Origin: Seison nebaliae | Lineage: Eukaryota | NCBI GenBank assembly: GCA_023231475.1 | Contig: JALJEE010002021.1 | Location: 62,001 to 106,488 of the forward strand | DNA: 44,488 nucleotides | Direction of reading: 5' to 3' | Part shown: positions 12,980 through 26,500 of the stretch, in pieces | Numbering within the stretch: position 1 is the stretch's first letter | How the letters are laid out: each line of letters starts with the position of its first letter | Program-made: the position numbers and the translations under genes | Notes under the pieces: generated by a model | What the model was told of the DNA's origin: nothing | The model's input: the letters and a program-made list of their open reading frames with translations, nothing else | The model's database searches: none

Positions 12980-13324
12980 TCTCTTTTAAACTGTTTATAA
13001 AAAATCTTCTGCCACAAATATAATAGAAAATTTATATTAAACTGAAAAATTGTTTAATTTATTTGAATGAAAGAGAAAAAAACAAATGAGAGAATTGTCA
13101 AATTTTCTCGCAGATTTTTCTTTGTGCGTTTCGAAAAAGTCAGTGATAATACCGATGATTCTGTTAGAAGGCTAATTGTTCATATTTAAAAAATTTGAAT
13201 TATTCTCTCTGAGATGAATGAAGAAAAGAAAGAAAATATTAGCGCGAATTGTGGGGAGGTAATTGCCCCTCCAAAAATTCACAATTTATTATTTTTGTTT
13301 TGAAAAAGAAAATTTTACGTTAAA

Positions 13325-14303
13325 ATGAAAAACAATCTGGAGACAATGTTATTAATTTTGAAAAGAAGAAAAATAATTGTAATTGAACTTTAGGAATGAG
13401 AATAACAACAACACGGATATTGGAGTGATTCATCCCATAATCAACTTTCCTCTCCGTGATAAAGTAGTTGCGAAATCGTTTGATGAGTTAACGAGTAATT
13501 TGGATAAATTATTCGTGCGGAAAATGTTGAATTCGGAGGAGTTAGATCAAGTGGCATCTTTGATGTCTCATTTGGAGGTTGATGAGTCGCAATGGTCACA
13601 ATTTGCGAAATTTGATCCATTAAAGTTTTTTTTTTCAAATTTAAAAAATTAAAATGCTAAGTCATTGTTAGATATACCAGAAATATTATTAGCAGAGGGA
13701 ATGGATTCTATAATTTAATTTTGTTGTGTTGGAGTGAAGGTCAAGCGTCATCCATTCACGATCACACGAATGCCAGTTGTTTTATGAAAGTTCCATTAAT
13801 TTAAATTTCCTTCCATCTTTCTCATCGATCAAGCAGATCATGAAAGGAACTTTAATTGAGGATAGATATGAATGGCCCAAAATTAATTCAAATACTGGAA
13901 TGAAATTATTCCAAAGTACAAAACTAGAGACGGATCAAGTCGCTTACATAAACGGTTAAAAATTATCTCGTAAATTATCGTGGCTACAAGTGAAAACTCA
14001 TAATTCCCCACTCGTAGCTATTACCTAACCAATTCAATTTTCTTTCTTTTCAACATTTATTCATTATCCTTCTAGACGATTTGGGATTACATCGAGTTAA
14101 GAATAACAGTAACACAGATGTCGCCGTATCACTTCATCTTTATATGCCGCCGTTCACTTATTGTAATAAGTTTGATGAACGAAGTGGTTTACATCGACGA
14201 TGTGGAATGAATTGAATTTCAAATTAAATATATGATTAAACCATTGGATTTAGCGCTTACCTTCCAATTCTTTCCCAACAATAAACTTCTCACAAATCTA
14301 TGA
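13325..14303 (+). CDS. CDO1: Cysteine dioxygenase type 1. Exons 13325-13347, 13394-13624, 13672-13789, 13837-13954, then 14076-14215 (stop) or 14076-14201/14204 spliced to 14254-14303
   Basis: The spliced product contains [39 protein letters not shown] and [11 protein letters not shown]. The three iron-binding His, the crosslinking Cys and Tyr, and the substrate Arg are all present. The 3' end is ambiguous. Confidence 0.95.
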
Positions 14304-14766
14304 AAATTCATCATTTCTAATTTTTCACTTTTACTTTCCACGTTCGTATTTCAATTATGAACATTATTATTTTTAATTTACAAAAAAAATATATATATTC
14401 AATTTTCATTAAAATCCTTTTCATTGACAAGTTCCAACATAATTTCATTCTCTTCTTATTTCTGTTATAAATTTTGAAAACTTTTGAAAAAAAACTAGAA
14501 AATAAATTGATGAAATTAAATTTTAAAGTCAGCGGAAATTATAAATAATTTACATATAAAAATATATATATATATAAATATATGACAAAAATTTATTGAT
14601 AATTAACATTATTGTAAGTGGTAGCAGATGTTCTGCTCGATAATATTATCAATTTAATGGAATTATAATTATTAGATAACATAAAGTTTTGGTTAGAATT
14701 AGTTAAAAGAAGTGGATTGGTTAGAAGGAATGGCTCATTGATCAGATGACTCGATGACATTAATCA

Positions 14767-17760
14767 ATGGAAACATCTTCGAACATTTGCTTCTCCAAAA
14801 ATCTGATAAGTCCCACAATCCAAAAATTATTAGGTGATCGGAACACTGACAAACGAAAAAATGGAGCGGCCGAAATTGAAAAGTTATTTATCATCAAAAT
14901 AATTATATTCCATCATTAGTAGAATCGTAAAACAATTGATGAGAGATAACGATCATGGAAGTATTCGTGCAATTATTGCTCTGTTAAAAGGATCGTCATA
15001 TCTTCTCTCCACCACTAATTTACACGTGAGAAAAGGTGCCGTGTTGACATTCGCGTCAATCGCCATCACTTTGGGAGAGGAGAATGCAGATCAATTTATC
15101 GATGATCTATTACCATCAGTAATCAAAGCGTGTTTTGATGATGATAAAGAAATGAGATTCGTCTCTTTGGAAGCACTCTACAACATTCTCCGAACTTTCC
15201 GACAATCATCTTTACCTTATTTTCCTGATTTATTTGAATTATTAATTCATGTTCGTTTTCTTTAACTTTTCCAATTTAAAATTTTTTTTAAATCATTCAA
15301 AAGTTGTCACCTGATATGGATCAAAAAATCAAGAGTGGATCAGAATTTGTTGATAAATTATTGAAAGATATCGTTCTCGTATCTCAATCGTTCGATATAA
15401 AATTATTCGTAACTCTAATTCGAGAGAGATTATGTGTCACTCATTCCTTCACACGAATGTTCCTTCTTTCTTGGGTTTCTTCTTTTTCTAATAATTCCCT
15501 AAAACATTTCTCTTACATTTCTTGTTAGATTTATAATGTTGGTAATTTGACGGAATCACCTTTATTGGAATATCTGCATGAATTACTCGATGGATTATTT
15601 GAATTTTTATCTGGAACAAATTATGAAGTGCAAAGAATGTTGAAAATATTTTAAAATTTTTAAAAATTTTTAAAACTCAAACTTTTTAGGACTGACGTAG
15701 TTTTGAAGATATTTTATGATAATATCAATCAGGATTCTCCGTTAAAAACGAACGAAATCATCGGAATTACTCTACTTCATTTCCGTCAATCTCAGAAATC
15801 ATCTCAAGATAAATTGACTCATCGAACTTCGTTGAGATGGTTGTTAAAATTGATGTCGTTATTCCAGAACAACATTCTCTCATTCATTCCCAATATCACT
15901 TCAATTATCATTCATGACTTATCGATAAATAGCGACCAAAGTGAAATGTGGAAAGAAGCGAAAGAGATTAATGATAGTTGTGTCATAATCATTCGGAATA
16001 ATTGTCGGCAATCTCCGTTAGAATAATTTTTAAAATTTTCAAATAATTCTCCAATTTCTCAATTTATAGACATTCTAATGAAATCGTTTTGGATTTCTTA
16101 CAAACCATTACAGATCTGATAGATAATTCGAAGGAATTCTCCATGAAAATTAGGAATGATATGAGAAAATATTGTCTGTTATGGTTACTCTGTTTAGTGA
16201 AATCATTGAAACGGGAAGTATCGATGAATATTCATCGAATTCCATTTATAACGTCCGTTCTCCTTCTCATAATCGAAGAAGAAATGGACTTGGCGAATTC
16301 TGTTAATTTTAATTTCGATTAATTAATTAATTAATTTTTTTATTTTTTTTCAAATTATTTCGTATCATTTTGAAGGTTATTGGAAATGATATTATCGAAT
16401 TATTATCCAAATTATGTAGTGGAGAAAAAGAGAATTTGATGAATAATGACGTACCGTTATTGAGACGAGTTCCGACCTTAAACGAAATGGCGACGGATAG
16501 TGTAACGAAAAATATTTCATTTTATTCATATCAAACGGATTTGAGAGAGTATTTCAATCGACGTCTTAGTGACTCCAACGAACATTGTCATCGTTTAATG
16601 TCCATCATCACATCGATATATTGTGCCGAATGTGAAATTGAGGAATATAATTTGACCATCGCAATTCTCAATAAGGATGACGACGATTATAATAATAATT
16701 TATTAATACATGCCATTGCACATGATATTCTGGTACTCTTTTATTGGAATCAGAATAAATTCAACAATTTCTCATATCTCATTCGACAGATATGTCATCG
16801 GAGTAAGAACGCCCAACTCATATTTTTGGCATTCTCAATCGAACTTTATTTCTTTACGAAAAAATCGATTCTTGATGGATTCGTTGCCATGACGACCATT
16901 CCGACGAAACTGAATAAAAATCCAAAAAGAATTAATCGATCATGTTCAATATCGATAACGGAATATCGAGAAATGATCATTTATGCTCTAACGAAAGAAT
17001 TGTTGACTTCGAAAGAATTCTGTATAATCCGTCAACAATTTCGTGATATTTATTTATTTCTCATTCAACCAATTAATAAAAATTTTCAAAATCAAGAAAT
17101 CATCCGAAATATGTTCGAATCAATCATTTGCATCCAATGTATCTTCTCTTATGACATTATATCGTTTATTTCAATTTGTCTGTTATGTCAAAATTATCTA
17201 TTGTCCTATCGCATCATATGTTCGATGAGTGAATATGAATATTTGACATTCGCTTATCGATTCAAAGAACGTCTCTCAGAATTAGTTCGAATAATCGAAT
17301 CACCTTCATTCTCCTTCATGAGATTACAATTAGTTTCTTGCACTTCCAAACATTACATCGATCACGAACATTTGATCAAATATGCCGAACCATCGTCAAT
17401 TCCATCACTTACTCTATATAACAACACAAAGAACAACAACAGTTCTAATGGAATCAAAACGAGAATTGGAAATATCAGATCAGATAAATGTGCATTAACT
17501 AGATCTTTATACGGCTTATTGATGTTATTACCTCAAACGTCTTCTTTCGAAATTCTCAAAGATCGATTAACGTGTATTCCATCATCTATTAATGAAAATT
17601 CAATTTCTGATTCATCTTCCATCAATAACGAAAAGTTTCTTATCTTTCTCATATACTCTTTCCCAACTCTTTTTCTCCTAGATTAGAATTAAAGTCGGAT
17701 AATCTTCTTTACGAATTTGTGAAGGAAATTCAATTGAAATTATTCCAGGAAAATAATTGA
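14767..17760 (+). CDS. VAC14: VAC14, HEAT-repeat scaffold of the PIKfyve/Fab1-Fig4 complex, about 873 aa. Exons 14767-14882, 14923-15250, 15304-15474, 15529-15638, 15690-16016, 16070-16301, 16376-17634, 17682-17760
   Basis: Motifs DKRKNGAAEIEK, EALYNI, KSGSEFVDKLLKDIV, LIRERL, EYLHELLDGLF, LVRIIESPSFSFMRLQL and SLYGLLMLLPQTSSFEILKDRLTCIP. Seven GT-AG introns keep the frame (2622 nt in total). Confidence 0.95.
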
Positions 17761-18229
17761 CGAAACCGTTTTAAATTTCGCCTTATCTATTCGCATTTAC
17801 TTTCCAATTAAACTTATTCTTATCTACTCTTATTACGTTTTTTACGGATGCTTATACATTTGACGAAATTTGATATTTATGATGAAAATATAAATCGGAA
17901 ATTAAATATTGAACGAATTTTATTAATAATTCAGGATAATTAATTGTCAGGAATTACCTCTGTCAATATATAATTGAATTGAACCACATGTAAAATCTAC
18001 ATTGTATAATTGTATTCTACAAACTTATTTGTCTATAATATATTATCTTAATTCAGAATTCTTTAATTGTTCAATTGAAATTCGAAATTTTTTAGTGATG
18101 AGAAAAATTGTGATAATCATCAGATCAATCGTCGATGAATTTTAAAAAGATTAATGATGATGCGATGAATAAATGGAAAATAGTGATGATAAGATAAGAG
18201 GAAAATTTTGGTTTTATATTTGTAATGTC

Positions 18230-20065
18230 TTATTCGAAAATATGTGGAGTTACGTTCAATGTTTGTGTGGATTCTCCATCATTTCCTATGATATCTCGAT
18301 GGGCATCACTACGAACTTTTATGTATTTGGATATTCGACGTATCTCAACACATTGTAAGAAAGTTATTGGAATCATTATCGCCAACAATATTCCAATTGG
18401 AACTATAACGTACAAGAAAGTTTTCTCTTTTATTATCGGATTGTCGTCTGTTGTTCTACTTGTTGTCGGTGTCCAAGTCGTCACTTTCTTTTTAGTTGTC
18501 GTCGTACTCTTTTTTTCTGTGGTCGTCAAATTCTGAGATGTTGTTGTCGATGTTGTAGTTGTTGTTGATTTTGTACTTGTGGATTTAGTCGTTGTTGATG
18601 TTAATTTTGTGGTAGTCGTAGTAATTTGGGATTTATTTGAAAATTGAACTTTGTCAATCAACAAATATTTTGGGTTATAATCTCGAATTAAATTTGATAA
18701 ATTTCCAATGAAACATCGAAAATCTGAAGAGAATCGATTATCTTCATCGAATTTCAATAATAAATGAAATGCTGTTGAATAATTGAAAATTTTCTGAATA
18801 GACGACTCAGAGAAATGATGTTGTAATATAAAATTATTATTAATATTCTCCAAAGTTTCGTAGGAACAAGTTAAATTGAGATAAGGATCGATGGATTTAT
18901 CTTCCGAAATCGAGTCCTCCGACCAATTGTCGATACAAAATGTCAAATGATATTGATAATTAAATTTATCGACAATTTTATCAAAATTATTTTTATTATT
19001 TTGAAAATAATTGAAGATTGAATATGTGAAACATTCTTCATCTCCACCAACATCACAATAAGTCGAATAAGAATCCAAACTAATAATTTTTTCGATTATT
19101 TCAAAATATTCTTCCAACAATTTCTTCTTCCACAATCCATTGAACGTTATCGTTCCATTCTGGTATGTGATGGTGGTATATTCATTAAGATTTATCGCCG
19201 ACAACTTTACCATCAAACATAAGGGACATAATTCCTGAATTTGTTTTTCTGTCGGTATATTTGGGAGAATCGGTTTGTCACTTCGACACAAATCACAATC
19301 CTCACATGGACAATCTTCAGTACAAGCGATAGGTTGACTAATATTCAAACCGTTTTCCTTTTCAAATTTTATTTCCGTTTTCTCCAAATAATCTTCATAG
19401 AGTTTCGTTTGGAGTTTCGTGAGAAATTCTTCAGCATTCGAACAATTCTCTCCGCAAATTTCGTCGACTAAATTGATCGATCTATCGTCGGAGAGGACGG
19501 ATCGGCATGAAGAGAATAATTGAAGTGAACTAGTTTCGTTAAATGTGATGGATATTTCTTTAAGAACTGGTAAAGTGATTGTGTCGTTGAATAGAAGATC
19601 GGTAGCATTCCTATCTAAATAAATATTCTGTTTCGATGTACATAAAATCTGAAGAGAATTCAAATGTGTGAGAATTTGAAGATGAAAATTTGAAAATGTC
19701 AACTTCACATTGGAATTGCATCAGATTCTGATAACAAGACAAACATTTGTGGAAATTCCATTTGCTCTTTAAAATTTCAGAAATATTTTGGAGGAAATCA
19801 TATTTATCTGATTTGTTACAACAATTCTGGTTGGTGGTGAGATATGCTGGAAATTTTATGAAGTTCAAATTTAGTGAATGAAGGAACTTGGACAAATATT
19901 TAATAATTTCTCTTTGACACTTCTACTCGTGTTCACTGATGACGTATCTTTCAACAACCAATAATTCTTTTGAGTTATCAAATCGTAAACTGGAGCACTT
20001 CCCAATAGACAAGTGGAAGAACATTTAAAAATGAGAATAAAGAAAATGAGCGGTTGGAGAATCAT
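18230..20065 (-). CDS. NPC1-derived type I membrane protein, about 579 aa: signal peptide, NPC1 N-terminal domain, NPC1 middle luminal domain, Thr-rich stalk, single TM, short tail. Exons 20065-19888, 19846-19704, 19648-18230
   Basis: Introns of 41 and 55 nt join three ORFs. The Cys pattern ICP...CC...CLSCYQNLMQFQCEILCTSKQ...FSSCRSV...ICG..C...CPCEDCDLC matches the NPC1 NTD. CFTYSIFNYFQN, NYQYHLTFC and NYSTAF match the middle domain. The TM is FLYVIVPIGILLAIMIPITFLQCV. Confidence 0.8.
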
Positions 20066-20575
20066 TGTAGAAATCAGAAATCATTAAATTAATTGAAGTT
20101 ATTTGATGATTATTTATTTATTTGCAATTCTCAACTCTCAAGTAAGTTGAAAGTCCGAAAATTCGGAGAAATTGAAGAAGATGTTTAATGTAAACAGGCA
20201 ACCGAATAATTTATTGAACAATCAGAAAAAAAAAAGAAATTTTCAATTATAATAAAAGTTTTTCTCTGAAACACGATGAAATAGAGCAGGATGATACAAA
20301 ATAAATTTTTCTGAACGTTTTTATCACGACAGGAATTATCAGGAATAAGAAAATAATTTTGAACTGAATTCTGAAAACGAATGAAAGAAAGAACTGTTCA
20401 CACCTTCGAATGTTGATCGATATAAAATAAATTTCTCATGAAACTTTCTTGGTGTGTGTGAGTGAGTAGGAGGAATTGGATAAATAGATAAAATGAAAGT
20501 TGTGTGAAATAAACTGAATTGATCGTAAATTTTTTTAGATTTTAGAACATTGTCTTCCAATCGAACTCTCATATT

Positions 20576-23500
20576 CTAACGACGTGTAGTTCTATGTTTA
20601 TGAGATGGATAGAGACAATTCGTTTTCGGATCAGCGTATGGAATCGATGGTGGTAAAGATTCCCATGATTCAAATTCAAATCTCTCCAATTGGAGACGTT
20701 TTGTCGCTTTCTCAATCACAACATCTGGTGACATCGATTCAGTTACTTTTGAATTAGAAATTGAAGACAATGCATTAGAATGTTTGGGAGCGGTTCGTTT
20801 TGGAGGTTCGGGTGGTGGACGACTGGGTCTTGACGGAATAGTTGGTGGTGGACGATGTTGAGTAATAGATGATCGATTATTATCTGAAGAATAATTTTGG
20901 AGAGGAAAATTAAAAGATAAAATTAACTTGAAAATTGTCTCGAATTGTTGTTAGTGTACGACATGTTTGGTGGTGGTGGTTGTGGTGCAGGTTTTCCATT
21001 ATGTCTCATATCCGTCATTTGCAATGATGATGATGATGATGATATTGGTGGTGGTGGTGGTGGTTGACTTTTCATTACCGGTTTCTGCTGTTGTTGCTGT
21101 TGTTGTTGTTGTTGTTGGCCATATCTAATTTGTGGTTGTAGTGGCGGATTGGAATGTTGTGGTACTGGATTTGAACGTTGTTGTTGTTGTTGGTGTTGTT
21201 GGAAAGTGGTTTGTTGAGTATTGTTTAATTGAGCTGTTGATCGGAAATTTTTTGGTGGCGATTGAGCACGATTTGATTTTTCTTTAAAAAATACACAAAA
21301 AAAATAAAAAATTCAAAATTGAAATGGAAAAAAACCATTAAGATGTAATTGTGGCACAGTCACTGGAATGTTTCTGGTTGATGGAACATCCGTCGGATGT
21401 TGAGGCATTCTATTAGTGTCATTTCCATAACGTCCTTCATTTCTTATTGTTGGTGGTTTCATCGGCAATTCCATTTGTTGTGGTGGTGGTGGTGGTGGTT
21501 GTGATTGAGTTGGTGGTGCTGGTGGTGGTTGTTGTTGTTGTTGAATTGGCGGTTGTGGTGGCTGTGATGGTGGTTGTTGTGGGATGGTATTATTATTATT
21601 ATTATTTCGATTAATATCATTATGTTGATTGTTGTTATTTATTCGATCTGGAACGAGAAAAAGAGAAAAATTTGAAATTTGAAAAAAAATAATTTTTTCT
21701 TTTTACAGAAATTTCCATAAGATGGAAAGGAAGTAAACTGAAGTGTCTATATCTACTAATTGGATAAAAGAAAATCTATTCACCTTTTTCATTTAATGAC
21801 AAGTTCAATTCCTGGAATACTTCACTTAACAAATCTGATGAGATATTATATTCTGGTTTATTTTCAGATAATGGCGAATGGAATTTAGAGATATCATCAG
21901 GAATGATTTCTGAGAAATCGTCATTATCATCGATAGATTTAGTCGTTTGATAAGTTTGAGAATGATCGGACGAACGATAAATATCATTATCGGCTTCATT
22001 CGTCGAATAATCGTAAGTCGATGAGACATTAGTGGAAAGATAGACAATGGAAGATTTATCGATCGATTTCTTCCTCCGAGTTCCAGTGGACGAAAATCGA
22101 CGTCTATGTCTATTCAATGATTGATTATCGTTGAAGATTTGATTCATATGTTCGATAGAAGTTCGATTGAGAAGATTGGAAGTTTTATGGCGGATGGTGG
22201 AAATGGTTTTCACAATCGAATCGAATGAGACATTTGGAATTGAAAATTTTTCATTTGTTAAATTCTTCGATATTTTCGGCACTTCATTCCTCATTTCCTC
22301 ATCGTTATAATTACCATGAGTTCGACAATGGAAATTACGATGAATTTTATCTTCATCAAAATCCGATGACATTGACGAGAGAGAAGAGAGATCAGCGTCT
22401 TGATATTTTTTCATGAGTGATGACGGAGTCGATTCCATCACATTTTGAATTGGTTGAAGATATGATGATCCTGGTGATGCCATCGGCAATTTTGATTGTC
22501 TTTTTGATTGTTGATGATAATGATAATCGTAGAGAACGTATGCTGATGATGGAACATTCTCATCATAATTCTCATCATCATTTCCATATCTCTTATAGAT
22601 GTTATTATTAGAGGAATTCAATGAATGTTGAACTTCCGTCACTTTCATCGATTCATTATCGATGAATGATTTCCTTCGATTTTTCTTCTTTTTCAATTTC
22701 TTTAATGGTTCATATGTTCGATACTCATCATCATCATCATCATCATTATCATTAATTCTTTCTTCGTCTGTTCTTTGTATACGTCGATGATTAGTGCACG
22801 AATGATCTGGCAGACATTTATATAACGAATCTGGACTGAATAAATTCTTTTCCATTTCCATCTCTTCTTTCTCTTCACCATCATTATTGTTATTATTCGA
22901 TTGAAGTAAAGGAGATATAGATGGAGGTGTTGGTGGAAGTGGTGGTGGTTGTGGTGTCGGTGTTCGATGTTTCTTTTTCTGTAATTGGAGAGCTTGTGAA
23001 AGAATGGAATCGTTTGTCAAATCGATGGTGAACATTCGTCGTTTCGATTTATTCCGTCGATTATTTGTCGTTATAGATTTCTGTCGTTTAACATCCTTCG
23101 TCAAACAGATCGTCGATTTAGTCAACGTATCATTGAGAGTGAGTGATGGAGACGATTGCTCCAATTGAGATAACTGTAAAGATGATTTCAATTTTGATCG
23201 TTTCCGTCCGACGGTTCCTGTCAAATTCGCAAAAAATGACGTCGAACGTGATGATGATGATGATTGATCATTTGATGATATCGTTCCTTTTGTTGATGAA
23301 GATATTGTTGTGCTAATGGGAGATGAGATGGTTGTGGTGATGGTAGTGAATTGTTGAGATGATCGATTTTTCGGTAAACGAATACCGGCGGAAACATGAT
23401 CATAAATTTTATGGAATGTATCAAATCGTTGTTTCTTCTTCTTAATTGGAGTTATTTGTCTAGATTGTTGATGAATTGGTGGTAATTCGAAAGGAGAATT

Positions 23501-26500
23501 ATCAACCACTTTATCAGAATGATCGGAATTGTTTGTGGAATTTTCCATAATTAAATCATATAATTCCTCTTCATTATTTATCAATTTATTTTGTTTATTC
23601 GATTGATTGACAGATAATGATTGTGATAATCCAACGGCATCAATCGATGACGAATAATAAACGGAGGAAGGTGAATCATTTGATTTATTCTCCTCATTAT
23701 TCCTTCTTCCATTAATCGTCGCTAATTGATGATAATGTAAAGATGACGGTTTATTTTGTTGTTTCTGATGGGAATATTGACTAATATTGACATGTCGATT
23801 AGAGAAGGTGTAATCATTGGATGATGATCCATTTCCAGAATCATAAAATATTTCATCAGTCAAATTTAACATCGTGGCAATACTGTCACCATAATCATCA
23901 TTTTTCGGGAATTTGGGTGATAGACCATCGCCCATCTCAACGAAATCACCATCAGTTAATGATAATTGAACAACATCGAAAATGTGTTCGGATGTTGTTG
24001 ATTCACTTTTGGAATTCATCATATTTTCATCATTGATCTCCTCGTATTTATCACCTGATTGGGAAGAGGATGATGAGGAATTTTTCATTAATTTTGATGG
24101 AATCGCTGCCGTTGTTATTGGACCTGTCATCATATCTTTAATGGTCGTTGACGATAAATTCGATTGATACGACGTGACAGTTGTGAATGTTGTGATGAGA
24201 TTAGTTGTGGAGATACAGCGGAAGATATCAGCTAAAAGACTCGATTTTCCCATATTATTTTCATATCTCTCTGACAGTTTCTGTGAATGATTCGTTTTCA
24301 AAATACTCTTCATATCAGGAGTATGAATACTCTTCATCTGATGATGATGATGATGATTTGTATGGAGATGATTTATATGTTCATCTTCATCATAAATTCT
24401 CCGATTCAATTCATCAATTTCGTTCGTTGCTAATTTATATGATGATAAATTATCATTCTCTTCATTCATTGACATTCGACGATCATTTCCACATTTCAAT
24501 GAACTGTGAAGAATTATATGGTCGTCATTTTTATCTCCGATTGAGAGTTGTAAAACGTTCGTTTTAATTGTATGTTGATGACAGAAACTTTTTGATGGAT
24601 TTGATCCGTTCACTTCGTTTGGAATAGGAAGAAGTTCCTTCATCTCTCCCATTTTTGATGATGACAAAGTCGAATTACTATTTCCTTTCTCTCCACTTCT
24701 CGATCGTTGTCTAATCTCACCACAATTAGTTGATGATTTATTTAGAGATATCCGTTTCGACTGAACATTCCTGCTGTCCCCTTCCTCCTTCACACAATTG
24801 GAAGAGAAATGAAGTTTTCCTTTAATCAATTCTCTCGTCTGTGCAAAGTCTGATAATCTCTCGGAAATATTCAATTCCTTCTCCATTCCACCTATCTCCT
24901 TCATTTCATCACTCTCTTTCTTCAGATTGATGTCTGACAATTTATTCTGTTCATTCTGCTTGTTGAGTGAAACGCCGAGAAAGAAGTCGCGACGTGAAGC
25001 AACCGTATTTTGGATGCAATTTCTTAATTGTTCCGAAACACGAATATTTGCCATCACATTAATTAATTAAACTGCGTCAATGTTCACCCGTGAAAAAAAA
25101 ATATTCCATCTAATTAACATAACATATTTTTTTATTATTATTTAATCACATTTATCTTGAGTGTGCACTCGCAGTGCACAGAAATTATATCCTTGACATG
25201 AGATAGAAGTCGATCGATATGAAGAAAAATTAATTTGATGAAATAATTTCGTCATAGAATGAATTGTCGATCGATTAAAATACTCTTTGAAATATTATTT
25301 CATAGAATTAATCGAACGAACGAATGAATAGAGCAATGTAATATGAGAAATGCACAAACATATGTCTCTCATCAATGACCACGACAATAACAACAACAAA
25401 ACCAATATTCTAATCAATATACAGCTGACCATTCACTTAACTGACTTACGAGGATTGTTCTCTCTCTTCTCTCTCTCTATCTCTCTTTTCTCACTGACAG
25501 TCACACAAAAAGGAAATTTTGTGGAACGAATTTTCGCGGAAAAATCCAAAAGTTTTTTATGGAGAGGAAGAGCATGTCAGATGAATTATTGGTAATTGTT
25601 AACATCTCATCGAAATCATCTTAATAATATTATTAGAGAGTAAAAGTTTGATAAATAAATATAATAAAAATAATTCAATACGATAACATTCTCCTTCAAC
25701 CATAACATCTAAATTATCTTTTACCGATAAATAATTAGAGAAAATTAGATAATTATAGACTGTTTAATAAATATTATTTAATAAACTGTTTATTAAGTGT
25801 AAATAATTAAGGGAATTATATCTGTGTGATTACATCTTCTTCTTCTAACATCATTTCATATAGTGGTCTAACATAATTATGTGGTAGGTAAATTGTAAAT
25901 TTTGAATGGTAGTCATCCATAAATAAATAACATTTGAAATATTGGATAAATTGTTTCGTTATAATTGAAGAGTAAAAAGTTTAATATGACTTCTCGTCTT
26001 ACGTGAACGATAAAGAGCTTAAGTTAAACTGCTTGGGAAAAAGAGGTGAAGCAAATGAGAGTTCTTCCAATATCTTCCATCAGTCAGCGAGTAGCAGAGG
26101 AGAGGAAATAAGTGTGTGATTGAGGAGATAAATAGAATTAATCAAACTTCGTTCCATTATCAACAATTGCATATTCGGTTAATGGACTGCTTAAGATAGA
26201 ATGAGGAAATGATTAAATATAAACATCACGTAAATTCAGTCCACACAAATATGAAGTCCTACACTCATATTTATAGAGAATTGTCTATTACTATCATGAC
26301 GTATCCGTTACACTCATACACATTTCAATTATACTTCACTAAATTAATATATTCATAAACTGAAGAATAAATTGTGTAGTTGGGTATTGTAATACTGCAT
26401 CTGGATACATATGATATCGAACTTACATTATGTGGTCTATGTATATTTGTAATATTAACCGCACTGACAGTATCGAATCGATATTATTCCTTAGAAAAAT

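Noticed and set aside
14917..14922. TAGTAG tandem acceptor in VAC14 intron 1 as regulated NAGNAG splicing
   Set aside because: Both choices are in frame; the distal AG restores the conserved EIEK-I and nothing indicates regulation
19611..20065. Programmed frameshifts or a pseudogene suggested by three overlapping ORFs
   Set aside because: Fully explained by two short GT-AG introns that restore the NPC1 Cys pattern
14767..20065. Functional clustering of the endolysosomal genes VAC14 and NPC1-like
   Set aside because: A convergent pair in a gene-dense genome; no evidence beyond adjacency
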